Shown here piece by piece: positions 7,837 through 17,162 of a stretch of DNA of 46,293 bases. The position numbers and the translations under genes are program-made. The stretch is from a virus (taxonomy: Duplodnaviria; Caudoviricetes), in the IMG/VR virus record IMGVR_UViG_3300020042_009326, positions 1-46,293 of that record. One strand, 5' to 3'. The notes beneath the pieces are model-generated. The model was not told where the DNA came from, did no database searches, and saw only the letters and a list, made by a program, of their open reading frames with translations. Each line of letters starts with the position of its first letter. Position 1 is the stretch's first letter.

Positions 7837-7955
7837 AGCATGGCCCAGATAAACCCGGCCAGCCCGGCCAGGAAGACAACCGTCATCAGGAAGAGGATCA
7901 CAATGGTCACCCAATGCATGATTTCGTCAATGCCCCCGTAATCGCCATCATCCAT
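7833..7955 (-). CDS. small membrane protein (40 aa, not in ORF track)
   Basis: MDDGDYGGIDEIMHWVTIVILFLMTVVFLAGLAGFIWAML; fills the gap with overlaps at both ends. Confidence 0.65.
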   Translation of the reverse strand: MDDGDYGGIDEIMHWVTIVILFLMTVVFLAGLAGFIWAML

Positions 7956-8275
7956 CAGAACTTCTCCTGGTAAAACCTGCCGATTGCCTCGGCCAATTCG
8001 TGAACGTGAAAGTCGCCGCCCTCGCCGCTGGCATCCCTGATCCAGATCATGCCAGGTTGCACGCCGGGCGTCAGGGTCCAGCCGGCAATGTGCACCTCAA
8101 AGCGCTCGCGCCCGTCCTTCATCCCCTGGTCGTAGGCCGCTTGGGCCTTGCACGCATCTTCAATGGTCATCAGCGTGTACTTCTGGCACTCTTCCCAGAC
8201 ATACCGGGCGTTGGACGCCCCAATCCGCTTGTGCTCTGCCTTGGTCAACTGGTCCCACCATTCTTCAAATAGCAT
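7955..8275 (-). CDS. hypothetical protein
   Basis: MLFEEWW start behind GGGGG; GEGGDF motif. Confidence 0.7.
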   Translation of the reverse strand: MLFEEWWDQLTKAEHKRIGASNARYVWEECQKYTLMTIEDACKAQAAYDQGMKDGRERFEVHIAGWTLTPGVQPGMIWIRDASGEGGDFHVHELAEAIGRFYQEKF

Positions 8276-8477
8276 GACGGCCCCCCTTGAACAGGTCCGT
8301 GAGCCGTGACCAAATACCCTTGTCCAGGCACGCCTGCAGCCGCTTGTTTTCGGCCTGCAACGCATCCGGGACCTGCGCGTGCAGTTGGACCGCATCAGCA
8401 TAGCCATCGGCGTGGCCCTTGGCGTAGGCCGTGGCTGCCACCTCTTTGAAGGTCCTTCGTTTTGTTTTAAGTTCCAT
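8265..8477 (-). CDS. hypothetical protein
   Basis: GGAG RBS before ATG 8477. Confidence 0.65.
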   Translation of the reverse strand: MELKTKRRTFKEVAATAYAKGHADGYADAVQLHAQVPDALQAENKRLQACLDKGIWSRLTDLFKGGRHAI

Positions 8478-8478
8478 G

Positions 8479-8721
8479 TCAATTCTCCATGTGGTTGTAG
8501 ATTTCGTGTTCCAGCTGGGCAAGGGATTCCCCCGTCATCTTGCGCTCCAGCCACGGCGCGGGTCGGCCGTTGCGGTCGAGGATTTCCCAGATTCCATGCC
8601 CGCCCTCTTCCTCCGCGCTGTCATCCGGGTCGGCGCGCAGGACGGCGGGGCAGTACGGCTCCCACTCCGTCACGCGGACGCGGCAGGGTATGCCGCAAAC
8701 AGCTGTTTCAAACTCTGTCAT
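8479..8721 (-). CDS. conserved phage hypothetical protein
   Basis: GIPC.V.V and WEILDRNGRPAPWLERKMT motifs. Confidence 0.75.
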   Translation of the reverse strand: MTEFETAVCGIPCRVRVTEWEPYCPAVLRADPDDSAEEEGGHGIWEILDRNGRPAPWLERKMTGESLAQLEHEIYNHMEN

Positions 8722-9038
8722 AGCGGCATGTCCTCGTGCCATGGCTCGTCAACCATGCGCTTGAGGTTGAAGATGAACCGATACTGCGGATGCACCTTGA
8801 CGAACAAGCGCGCGTAGAAGGCAATGAAATTGTTGCAAATCTTGAAGTCCGCGCCTGTGGTGGTTATCACCACCTCCCAGCGGATGCGGTTGATGATGAG
8901 CCAGTGACTGATCTTCCGGTGGCCGGCGTTGATGACCTGGAGCGTGAAGCGTTCAAAGTATTCCCACACCAGCGGGTTGCCGGCGTTGAATTCGTTGAAC
9001 TCACGCTGCCTTATGTGGAACGGCGTGTTCATGCTCAT
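8718..9038 (-). CDS. conserved phage hypothetical protein
   Basis: NP.VW..F, IINRIRWE and FKI.NN.IAFYARLF motifs. Confidence 0.8.
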   Translation of the reverse strand: MSMNTPFHIRQREFNEFNAGNPLVWEYFERFTLQVINAGHRKISHWLIINRIRWEVVITTTGADFKICNNFIAFYARLFVKVHPQYRFIFNLKRMVDEPWHEDMPL

Positions 9039-9136
9039 AGCGGGGCCTCCTCTGCATCAGCCGGATACACAGGCCCGCTCGGGGCCCGTGGTTCTTGGTA
9101 CGGGGGCAGCGGCCCGATGGGGAAGGGCCAAATCAT
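9035..9136 (-). CDS. small Pro-rich protein (33 aa, not in ORF track)
   Basis: MIWPFPIGPLPPYQEPRAPSGPVYPADAEEAPL; ATGA overlaps at both ends; GGAG RBS. Confidence 0.65.
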   Translation of the reverse strand: MIWPFPIGPLPPYQEPRAPSGPVYPADAEEAPL

Positions 9137-9450
9137 GGCTCCACCACGTAGGTAATGGCCAAGAGGTTCTGGATCATGTCCTCCAGCCGGTTGAGCTTTT
9201 CCTGAGCCTCCACACGCACCCTTGCCTGTTGCGTCTTCAGGGTCTCGATCTTGCTGGCAACCAGCTCGTTGGGCGTCAAGACCATGTCCACCGTGATGGT
9301 GGCCTCGCCCACGTAGGTCCAGCCGCTTGTCCGCATGTCGGCGGAACAGAACGCCAACTCCTGAACGGCCTTGTCGCCCTGCATGTCCTCAGGGCTCAGC
9401 CGGCTGTAATCAGGCAACCAGGCCTTCGAGGCTCCAATAATTTTCTTCAT
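9133..9450 (-). CDS. hypothetical protein with C-terminal coiled coil
   Basis: GWTYVGEATITV...IQNLLAITY; AGAAAG RBS. Confidence 0.75.
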   Translation of the reverse strand: MKKIIGASKAWLPDYSRLSPEDMQGDKAVQELAFCSADMRTSGWTYVGEATITVDMVLTPNELVASKIETLKTQQARVRVEAQEKLNRLEDMIQNLLAITYVVEP

Positions 9451-9512
9451 GACTTTCTCGCTTTCTTTAAAAATGACCGTGTCTGATGGCAGACCGTGTC
9501 GGTTGGGGTGAA

Positions 9513-10055
9513 TTAACGGTCGATGCCTTCGAGGCGGTCGGCTACCAGGGTTGCGTAGCCTGCAATGTCGACCCAGTGGTCGACTTTGTCGGGGTTGCCG
9601 TTGACGATGCGGCTGATCTTGTGGACGATCATCTCCAAGGCCTCCCACTGGTCATCAGCAAACGTCTTGTTGTGCCGTGACGCGTGGTCCGCGAGCAGTC
9701 GTTTGATGCCCTGCATCAGCGCGGCGCTGTCCCGGAACTTGCCGTAGTCCTGGCCACGCGCGTCCAATACCCCGTCCACAATGACCTTTGCAAGGTCTGG
9801 GAAGTATTTCGCTGTGCGCGCCTTGCGCTGCTTGTCCGTGAGCTTGGCCCTGCTTACCAAGGAGGCAGCCCGAGACGTTGCCTCGTGCTCTGGGGTCGGC
9901 ATGGGCACCGTATCGCCCGGCTCGGTCTCTGCGCGAACCTGGCCGCGCAGCTTGTAGGTCATGGGTTTGGACGCCTTAAACTTTGCCGCTACTTCGACTA
10001 CTTTAGCGTCAGGGTGGTTGCGAAAATGCTCGCGGATTTTGTCAGATGTGTTCAC
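9513..10055 (-). CDS. DUF6378-like domain protein with N-terminal HTH-like region
   Basis: LDARGQDYG, KISRIVNGNP and DHWVDIAGYA motifs. Confidence 0.75.
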   Translation of the reverse strand: MNTSDKIREHFRNHPDAKVVEVAAKFKASKPMTYKLRGQVRAETEPGDTVPMPTPEHEATSRAASLVSRAKLTDKQRKARTAKYFPDLAKVIVDGVLDARGQDYGKFRDSAALMQGIKRLLADHASRHNKTFADDQWEALEMIVHKISRIVNGNPDKVDHWVDIAGYATLVADRLEGIDR

Positions 10056-10537
10056 AATGTTTCCTTTTGAAGTTGAACGATTGCACGGGCCTTGCCTTGG
10101 CGAATAATCGCCTCAACAAAGTCGTGCGCCCTCTCGATGTCCAGAACAGTGGCGTTAGCCAGCTGCTCCTCATGCAGGTCCATCACCAGCTTCAGTGCCT
10201 CCCACTGCTTCGCGGTCATGATGAACCTCATTTCTCGTTCAATGCCCCTGCGCACCAGCTCGAGCAGGGCAGTTTGGGCGGCATTGATTTCTTCCAGCCA
10301 GTCGCATCCAAGGCCCTTGAGGGCCAGCGCCTCCGCGATGTTGAAGGCACCGACAAGGATGTCAATGTCTGCCCTGGTGGCCAGCCCGCGCCGGACCGCT
10401 TCCAGCGCTGCGCGGTTCTTGATCTGGACGTCCAGGAAAACGCCTGGCACATCCCTCAAAGGACGCAGCCCTGACAGAACAAACCCCAATGGGTCCTGGA
10501 GCACGGCCCGCGGGCGGTAGCTGCTGCGCTTCCTCAT
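10052..10537 (-). CDS. conserved hypothetical protein
   Basis: MRKRSSYRPR start; helical composition; coupled overlaps. Confidence 0.75.
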   Translation of the reverse strand: MRKRSSYRPRAVLQDPLGFVLSGLRPLRDVPGVFLDVQIKNRAALEAVRRGLATRADIDILVGAFNIAEALALKGLGCDWLEEINAAQTALLELVRRGIEREMRFIMTAKQWEALKLVMDLHEEQLANATVLDIERAHDFVEAIIRQGKARAIVQLQKETL

Positions 10538-10788
10538 GACTTGCAGGAAATGAAGAGGCTTCCGAACAGGAGGATCAGCACCATCACGTAGGCGACCTCT
10601 GTGATGGTTATGCCCGGCCGATGGCTGCCAAGCAGAACGCCTTGAATTAGCTCTTCATCGCGATTTAAATGGGCAGGCTTGGGTTGGTAGCTTAAACCTA
10701 TCAGCACTTTGCCGGTGCTGACGTACTTGCCGGTAGAGGCAAGTTGCTTGAAGGCCCGGCCGGCCTTGAGTGGTGGCTTTTTAGTCAT
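10534..10788 (-). CDS. hypothetical membrane protein
   Basis: TGKVLIGL.Y motif; hydrophobic C-terminus; AGAAAGAGAGAAAG RBS. Confidence 0.7.
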   Translation of the reverse strand: MTKKPPLKAGRAFKQLASTGKYVSTGKVLIGLSYQPKPAHLNRDEELIQGVLLGSHRPGITITEVAYVMVLILLFGSLFISCKS

Positions 10789-10822
10789 GGCAGTCTTTCT
10801 CTCTTTCTGTGATTGCAGCCCG

Positions 10823-10850
10823 ATAGTAGCACGTCTATTTCAACTGTCAA
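10823..10850 (-). promoter_or_regulatory. sigma70-like promoter
   Basis: TTGACA-16 nt-TACTAT with TG extension. Confidence 0.65.
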
Positions 10851-11298
10851 CAACTTTTTGAATAATTTTATTTTTATTTAAGGGATGCTTCAAGTACTCT
10901 TCTCTCAGCAGACTGTACAGTGTCAAGTCTCCACCGTCAGGGAAAGCCTTGCGCATACGTCCTTCGTACTGAAAGCCAAGGCGCGAGACAAAGCGCTGAG
11001 CGTCTGAATTCTCTGCGCGGATGAGACCCGTGACCCGCGGCACTTGGAGCACGAGGAAGGGTAACTCAAAGGATGCTTTAAAGAACCTGCGCGAGAACCA
11101 ATTACTCCTGGGCCGCGCTGCGATGTGCATGTCAATGTTGATGCCTGTGTGAGCAGAGAAGACAGTGACGGCCAAGAACTCGTCCTTGTCATCCACCAGG
11201 CTCACGGTGGTGACGTCTCCTGTCATGCCTTCAATGCCGATGACCCTTTTGGCCCAGGCCACGGCCTCGTCGTTGCGTTCAAAGCGAAGGATTTTCAC
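10840..11298 (-). CDS. GNAT (RimJ/RimL-like) acetyltransferase
   Basis: F.LPF..L.VPRVTGLI...N..A.RF..RLGF..EG.MRKA motif. Confidence 0.8.
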   Translation of the reverse strand: MKILRFERNDEAVAWAKRVIGIEGMTGDVTTVSLVDDKDEFLAVTVFSAHTGINIDMHIAARPRSNWFSRRFFKASFELPFLVLQVPRVTGLIRAENSDAQRFVSRLGFQYEGRMRKAFPDGGDLTLYSLLREEYLKHPLNKNKIIQKVVDS

Positions 11299-11518
11299 TG
11301 TAGTTCTCCATGATCTCGTCCTCAAGCAGCATGACCTGCTCCTCGGTCAGCGTCTTAGTGATGTCCACCTGGCGAGGCTTGCCGCTCGGGCCTTTGACGG
11401 TCAGCAGAACCTTGGTGATGTCCAGCAGCGCGGGCAATTCTGTGTCCTCCACTTGCATAGCCGGAAGCACTTCAAAAGTGAGTTCGACGGGGAACGCCAT
11501 CTCGGTTAGGTATTTCAT
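11279..11518 (-). CDS. hypothetical protein
   Basis: Protein-like portion of the track ORF from ATG 11518. Confidence 0.65.
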   Translation of the reverse strand: MKYLTEMAFPVELTFEVLPAMQVEDTELPALLDITKVLLTVKGPSGKPRQVDITKTLTEEQVMLLEDEIMENYSENPSL

Positions 11519-11882
11519 CTGGGGCTTTCTGTTTGGCTTTTTCTTTGTTCTCAGCGATGCGCTGCAGGGTGAGAGATTCTTCGTAGGCGTGATGGAAGGC
11601 AGGGAGGATGAGGCTGTACATGTAGTTGCCCATGCCGACTTCGTAAAAGGCAGCAACTTCCTTGAGCATGTGGTACGCATCTTCAGGCACAGCGACGCTC
11701 CTGTACCGCTGCCCCGCGCGCTTGGAGGGCGAGGCACGAATCTTTTGGTAGACACTCTTTTTCGGGCGTCCGTTCTTCTTAGGGCGGCCTCGCTTGCGTG
11801 CTACTACACGTACCGACTGACGTATGTACGGCTCCGGGTAAGCAGGGACAACTGTTTCTCGTAGCTTGAGAGGCATTGGCAT
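11472..11882 (-). CDS. putative DNA-binding protein (AT-hooks + ribbon-helix-helix-like)
   Basis: RKRGRPKK and GRPKK, then YRSVAVPEDAYHMLKEVA. Confidence 0.6.
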   Translation of the reverse strand: MPMPLKLRETVVPAYPEPYIRQSVRVVARKRGRPKKNGRPKKSVYQKIRASPSKRAGQRYRSVAVPEDAYHMLKEVAAFYEVGMGNYMYSLILPAFHHAYEESLTLQRIAENKEKAKQKAPDEIPNRDGVPRRTHF

Positions 11883-11916
11883 TAAATTCTCCTTTCTAAA
11901 GACTCGTTAACGTGTG

Positions 11917-11949
11917 AAAAAAACGGGCCGAAATCTTACTCCCGGCCCG
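11917..11949 (-). terminator. possible terminator after polA
   Basis: CGGGCCG stem with a large loop followed by T7 on the minus strand. Confidence 0.55.
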
Positions 11950-11994
11950 AACTCTAACAGGAGATAGGAGGCAACTGCATTGACTCCAACCCCA

Positions 11995-13872
11995 TTATGC
12001 CGCATCTCCCCAGCTTGATCCAGTCTCCACGTCAACCCGGGAGGGCACCTCCAGGGTCACGGCCTTGGCCATGATGTCAGCAGCGGCGCGAGCCTCGTCA
12101 ATGTTGCGCACCGACAACGCCACCTCGTCATGCACCTGCAGCATCAGGCTAAACCCCGCCTTGTGCAGCGCCACCATGGCCGCTTTGGTCTGGTCCGCCG
12201 CTGAGCCTTGAATCAGCTTGTTCAAGCCTTTGTAGGTGCCCGCGCGCTTGATCCGTGAGCCGTATTCCAAGGCCGCCTGCTCACGCGGCAGCGCCTTGTT
12301 CACGCCCCACTCCACGGGCTCCCACAGCGGAAAGCGGCACTTGCGGCCCAGGAGCGTGCGGATGGACCCGCCGGAGGTCGGGTGCTCAATGCGCTTCATC
12401 ACCGCATCCACGGTGCCCTTCAGAAACGGGACCTTGCTGTGGAACGTGGCGATCAGCTCGCTGGCCTCGTCCAGGGGCAGGTCCAGGCTGTGCGCCAGCT
12501 TGGCCTTGCCCATGCCGTACATCAGGCCCAGGCCGATGGTCTTGGCGGCCTTGCGTTTGATGCCGGCCATGTCCGCCACCATCTGATGAAAGTCCGTGTC
12601 GGGGTTGTCGCGGTAGGCCTGCGCCATCTTCTCTGCGCCCGGCAGGCCCAGCAGGGTGGCGTAGTGCACCAGCAGGCGCGGCTCCTGAGAGGAGAAGTCG
12701 TTGGCGGCCCAAATCTGGCCGTCTTCGGGCAGAAACAGGCCCCGCACCAGGGGGCCGATGATCTCGTGCCTGGCGGGCACCTGCTGGAGGTTGGGGTTGG
12801 ACGCCGACAGCCGGCCCGTCACCGTGCCGCCGTCCTCGTTGCGCATCTGGTTGAAATGGGTGTGAATGCGGCCGTCCTTGGCGCTGTGCTTCAGGTAGGG
12901 CTCCAAGAACGTGCCGTGGGTCTTGTTCAGTTCGCGCGCTTCCAAGATCATCTTGGCCAAGGGGTGCTCGTGGGTGTCCAGAAAGCTCTTGGTAAAGCTC
13001 GGTGCGCCTTGGGCCGTCTTGGGGTACTGGATGGCCAGGCGGTCAAATGCCGCGGCAATGGACTGCGCAGCCCAGATGTCCACCTGCATGCCGGCCTGGC
13101 TCTTCAGGTACTTCAGGATGTCTGTTTCCTTGCCGCGCATCTTGGCCATTTCCTGCTCACACTTGGCCCGGTTGAAGTTGATGCCCCTCAGGGTAATGTC
13201 CACCAGCACCGGCAGCACCTCTGTCTCAAGGTTAAAGACCGACTCAACCTCCTCCTTGCGCATGAGCACCTTCAGGTGGTGCCACAGCTTCAAGGTGAGC
13301 GCCGCGTCCTGCTCGGCGTACTCACCCACGTGCATGGCCGGCAGCTTCCACAGCTCCTTCTTGGGGTGCACACCAAAATCCGAGGCGGATTCTTTCAAGC
13401 CCTGCTCGGACTTAACCTCCTTCAGGTAGTCAAAGCCCAGGGAGTTCAAGGCATAGCTGAAGCGGTTCTCGTCCAGCACTGGCGCGGCCAGCATGGTGTC
13501 GTAAATGGTGCCGTTTACTTCAAATCCGGCGGCCCTGAGCCAGCCGAGGTCGTAGGCGGCGTTGTGCATGACCTTGTCCGCCGGCGTGGCCAGGACATCA
13601 CGCATCCAGCGCTCCACGATACGCTTGTCCAAATTGCCGCCACCAGCATGAGCAACAGGGAAATAGCCAGCCCAGCCATCGATAGCAATGGCATAACCAA
13701 CAATGTAACCGTCATTTCGAGGCCAGCCCGGGCCCAGGCTTTCCATATTGGGGTCACAGGTTTCGAGGTCAATTGCAATCTCCTTGGCTTCACTGAGGTT
13801 GGGAAAAGATGCCGGCGGCAGCCACTCTGAAATCCGGGGAAACATGGACAGGGTCTTGATGTCACGTTTCAT
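11995..13872 (-). CDS. polA: family A DNA polymerase with 3'-5' exonuclease
   Basis: IDLET, HNAAYD, YAEQD (ExoI-III); TGRLS..NPNLQQVP; DFSSQEPR (motif A); KTIGLGLMYG (motif B); QVHDE (motif C). Confidence 0.97.
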   Translation of the reverse strand: MKRDIKTLSMFPRISEWLPPASFPNLSEAKEIAIDLETCDPNMESLGPGWPRNDGYIVGYAIAIDGWAGYFPVAHAGGGNLDKRIVERWMRDVLATPADKVMHNAAYDLGWLRAAGFEVNGTIYDTMLAAPVLDENRFSYALNSLGFDYLKEVKSEQGLKESASDFGVHPKKELWKLPAMHVGEYAEQDAALTLKLWHHLKVLMRKEEVESVFNLETEVLPVLVDITLRGINFNRAKCEQEMAKMRGKETDILKYLKSQAGMQVDIWAAQSIAAAFDRLAIQYPKTAQGAPSFTKSFLDTHEHPLAKMILEARELNKTHGTFLEPYLKHSAKDGRIHTHFNQMRNEDGGTVTGRLSASNPNLQQVPARHEIIGPLVRGLFLPEDGQIWAANDFSSQEPRLLVHYATLLGLPGAEKMAQAYRDNPDTDFHQMVADMAGIKRKAAKTIGLGLMYGMGKAKLAHSLDLPLDEASELIATFHSKVPFLKGTVDAVMKRIEHPTSGGSIRTLLGRKCRFPLWEPVEWGVNKALPREQAALEYGSRIKRAGTYKGLNKLIQGSAADQTKAAMVALHKAGFSLMLQVHDEVALSVRNIDEARAAADIMAKAVTLEVPSRVDVETGSSWGDAA

Positions 13873-15368
13873 AGCCGGAAGCCCTTTTGTTCGTTTTTTG
13901 GCAGGACAACATGCAGCGTTTGTTTGGCACGGGTGATGCCCACGTACAGCAGGCGGTTGATGTCATCGGAGTTCCTGTCGTATTCTCTTGCAGAACGGGT
14001 GGACAGGTCGGACAGCAGCAGCACATTGTCGGCCTCGCCGCCCTTGGCCCCGTGGATCGTGGACAGTTTGATGGGCACGTGGCCCGTGAGCCGTGTATTG
14101 CGTTTCAAGAGCGAGACCATGTAGTCACGGCGGTCTTCACTGATCTTGGTCAGCGCCTCGTGCCAGATTACTGCAGAAAGAAGTCCGTGCTTTTCTTTCA
14201 GCAGATCAAGGGTGTAGCTGATGGTTGTGTCGGCCGTGCGCAGCAGCTTGTGGCCATGCTTGATGAAGTCGCCGTCCATGTACTTGTAGATTTGCTTGAC
14301 AACCGGGTAGGGCACTTCGCCGCCCTTGCGCAGCTTCTCCCAGCCCAGCACGGCAATCAGGACAGCCTCACTCACGCTGCGTTGTCCGTGGCGCTCGAAC
14401 AGCAGGCCCTGGCTTTTGATCCATTCGTGCATGTCGTTGAGCATGTAGTTGGCGCTGGCCAGGATGAGCCAGTTGCCGTGGGTAATGTCGACCTGTTGGA
14501 AGTCGTTGTAGTAGTTGACGCTGCCGGCCTCCTCGCGGGCCTTCCAGACCTTAGGCTGGCGGTTTTTGATGCGGGTTACCACGCGGTTGGCCAGGGCGTG
14601 GATTTTTGAGGGCACGCGGTAGGACTGGTCCAGTACTTTAACGTCGCCGGAGAAGTTCAAGAAGCTCTCGACGTCGGCCCCGGCCCAGGTGTAGACGGCC
14701 TGGTCGTCGTCGCCTGCCAAAAAGCAGCGCTGGGCTCGCAACGCAAGTTGCTCGACCAGCCTCCATTGCAAACGGGACAAGTCCTGCGCCTCGTCAATGA
14801 TCAGGGCTTCCAGGTTGGGAAGGCGCTCGGGCTCCAGCAGCACATGCTCCAAGAGGTCAGTGAAGTCCAGCAGGGCGTGTGAGGTCTTGTAGTGCCGGTA
14901 GGCGCGTTCCACATACTCAAAGTGATACCACTCAATGTCCATGCTGGACTGGTTGTAGTGCGAGCGCAGGTCCAGGCCCTTGATCCGTGCAATGTTGATC
15001 TCGTTAAGGATGGGATGGTCTGCCTTGACCGCAAATTCCTCCTCGCCGTTTTCAATGGCCAGCTCAATGCCGGCCTCCTGGGCAAACTCCTTGTAGTGCT
15101 CAGGGGACATCATGTCCTTGGTGCTGATGCCCAGGCACCGGTAGGCCAGACTGTGCAGCGTGCGGAAGAACGGGAAGTCGCTGTCGGGGTTCAGGTGGGG
15201 GAACTTTTGGATGGCCCGGTCCTTGGCTTCAGTGGAGGCCTTTTTGGTAAAGGCGAAGTAGCCGATCTTTGTGGGATGGACCTTGTCCTCAAGCTCCGTT
15301 TCAACCACCTTGAGCAGGAAGGTTGTCTTGCCTGTGCCGGGGGGACCGAACACCTTGGTGGTAGTCAT
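13869..15368 (-). CDS. UvrD/Rep-like SF1 helicase
   Basis: GPPGTGKT, TLHS, IIDEAQD, GDDDQA, QSYR, TIHGAKGGE and YVGITRA motifs. Confidence 0.93.
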   Translation of the reverse strand: MTTTKVFGPPGTGKTTFLLKVVETELEDKVHPTKIGYFAFTKKASTEAKDRAIQKFPHLNPDSDFPFFRTLHSLAYRCLGISTKDMMSPEHYKEFAQEAGIELAIENGEEEFAVKADHPILNEINIARIKGLDLRSHYNQSSMDIEWYHFEYVERAYRHYKTSHALLDFTDLLEHVLLEPERLPNLEALIIDEAQDLSRLQWRLVEQLALRAQRCFLAGDDDQAVYTWAGADVESFLNFSGDVKVLDQSYRVPSKIHALANRVVTRIKNRQPKVWKAREEAGSVNYYNDFQQVDITHGNWLILASANYMLNDMHEWIKSQGLLFERHGQRSVSEAVLIAVLGWEKLRKGGEVPYPVVKQIYKYMDGDFIKHGHKLLRTADTTISYTLDLLKEKHGLLSAVIWHEALTKISEDRRDYMVSLLKRNTRLTGHVPIKLSTIHGAKGGEADNVLLLSDLSTRSAREYDRNSDDINRLLYVGITRAKQTLHVVLPKNEQKGFRL

Positions 15369-15613
15369 TCTTCTTCCCCTTCATCCCACATGTCCTGTGT
15401 CCAGACAAGGACGGGGGTGTCCTCCCCTACGTATGCGCCTTCGATGTTGAACTCAATGAACTCGCGTGCCTCCTCGCTGGTCATGCCATCACGCATGAGG
15501 TTTTCGCGGATAAGCTCCGCGTCGTACACCAGCACATCTACCCGGCCGGAGCCCCGCCATATGCAGGCAGGGCCGAGGATGGCGTCGTCATGTCCGTCAA
15601 TTTTCAACATCAA
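15365..15613 (-). CDS. conserved acidic phage protein
   Basis: DG.DDAILG, VYD and EEA.EF.EFNI.GAYVGE.TP motifs. Confidence 0.8.
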   Translation of the reverse strand: MMLKIDGHDDAILGPACIWRGSGRVDVLVYDAELIRENLMRDGMTSEEAREFIEFNIEGAYVGEDTPVLVWTQDMWDEGEEE

Positions 15614-17142
15614 AAAGGACTCCGGTTGGTGCGCTGCTCTGGCGTGTCAAATGGGGCGTCTTGGCGGCTGAAGCGGGGGATTTTCCAGCAGCGTGCAGCG
15701 CGGTTCTTGAGGAAGAGGCTGATGGGCTCGCCGCCTTGATCCCGCAGCCGTTGGGCCATCTTTGGCGCGGTCATGCCCTTGAAGTTGTTGCGCACCAGGT
15801 GCGCCTCCAAATCCTTCATGCGGAAGTAGGTCTTGGCCTCGTTTTCATCCGTCCATGGACGTCCCATGAGGATTTCATCACGGTCCATTGCCTGCTGCAG
15901 GTGCGTGCAGAACTCCTCGAGCAGGTCGTTGAAGCGGCCGGTGATGCTGGTGTCCTCGCTGGCCTCGGTAATTTGCTCAGTCTCCACCATTTCCTTGAGC
16001 AGTGCATTGAGCATCTGCTCCCAGTCCTGCTTACGCAGTGTGGGCGGCAGCAGGTTGATTTTTTCAACACAGGCTTTTTGGAAGGCGGCCTGTGCAAACA
16101 GGCTCTCGGTGTCCAGTTCAATGCGCTTGCCGTTGATGTCGAGGAACCACAGCGGCGGCTCGGAGTTGTACTTGGACAGAGAAGACATTTGCGGGGAGTC
16201 TGGTCCGTGAGCCCCGATCCCATGCTTACGAGTCCTGCAAAGGCCGCTGTTGCAAAAGCTGTTTAAGGGGGCGTCCTTGCACTTGTACTTGTAGTCTTTT
16301 TTATTCAGCTGCTTGACGAGGACTTGCAGTTCATTGTTGGGCAGCGGGGGCGAGACGTACTTCAGGTTGTGCACCACCAGGGCGTCATCCCAGTGGATGG
16401 GGATGATTTTCTTGAGGTAGATGCCGATGTTGAAAAGGGCGTTGTTGCGGGTGCCTTCTGGCACGCCCTGGGCGCACAGCGCCTGCAGGCAGGGAGGGCC
16501 GTCCTTGATGGGATGGTCGGGCTCCTTGGGCTCTTCTGGGTGCTTGAGGTCTGGGGGCTGTACCCACTGGTCGTACAGCGCATAAAACTCCTCCAGCGTT
16601 GCGGCCGAACCATCGTCCCTGATGGCGTAGCGCATGGTTTGGTCCCCGCCGAAATAGGGCAGGTTGAGAAAGTTGCCGGTGTCGCCGCGGTCCACGAGGA
16701 TTGCAGCTTGCTTGGGGAAAATCTCCCGGCCGGCCTCGCCCAGTAAAGCGGCACAGGCGCTGAGAAACCGCTGCATCTCTGCAGCAGGAATAGGCGACTG
16801 GACAAATAGGAAGACGTGGGCCCCGCCGGACTTGCTGCGGCATACCACCATGGGGAGTTCAAGGCTCCTGACCTTTTTTATGAGGCCGGCGTGGTCCAGA
16901 GGATACTGGTCAATGTCAATACAGCCCCAGATGCAGGAGTTATCAGCCCGGATCGGGATAATTCCCAGACTCGGTTCAACGCCCTCCAGGTGCTTGGTCC
17001 ACAGGTCGTCAGTTGGTGGCTTGCGCACCACAACGGCCTTGCCTGCCTGTTTCCCGTCTCCTCGGGACGACTCAATTCTGTATGTTCCATAGGCGATATC
17101 CAGGCCGGAAAAAATCGCTTTGAACCGGGTTATGTCGGTCAT
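15610..17142 (-). CDS. AEP-type primase/polymerase with PriCT-like domain
   Basis: WGCIDID, RSKSGGAHVF, EIFPKQ, NLPY, PPCL and EGTRNNALF motifs. Confidence 0.85.
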   Translation of the reverse strand: MTDITRFKAIFSGLDIAYGTYRIESSRGDGKQAGKAVVVRKPPTDDLWTKHLEGVEPSLGIIPIRADNSCIWGCIDIDQYPLDHAGLIKKVRSLELPMVVCRSKSGGAHVFLFVQSPIPAAEMQRFLSACAALLGEAGREIFPKQAAILVDRGDTGNFLNLPYFGGDQTMRYAIRDDGSAATLEEFYALYDQWVQPPDLKHPEEPKEPDHPIKDGPPCLQALCAQGVPEGTRNNALFNIGIYLKKIIPIHWDDALVVHNLKYVSPPLPNNELQVLVKQLNKKDYKYKCKDAPLNSFCNSGLCRTRKHGIGAHGPDSPQMSSLSKYNSEPPLWFLDINGKRIELDTESLFAQAAFQKACVEKINLLPPTLRKQDWEQMLNALLKEMVETEQITEASEDTSITGRFNDLLEEFCTHLQQAMDRDEILMGRPWTDENEAKTYFRMKDLEAHLVRNNFKGMTAPKMAQRLRDQGGEPISLFLKNRAARCWKIPRFSRQDAPFDTPEQRTNRSPF

Positions 17143-17162
17143 TTCTTCTTTCTATTGCAGGT

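Noticed and set aside
12382-13830. 482-aa plus-strand ORF
   Set aside because: Antisense shadow of polA with no recognisable motifs; expected in GC-rich coding DNA
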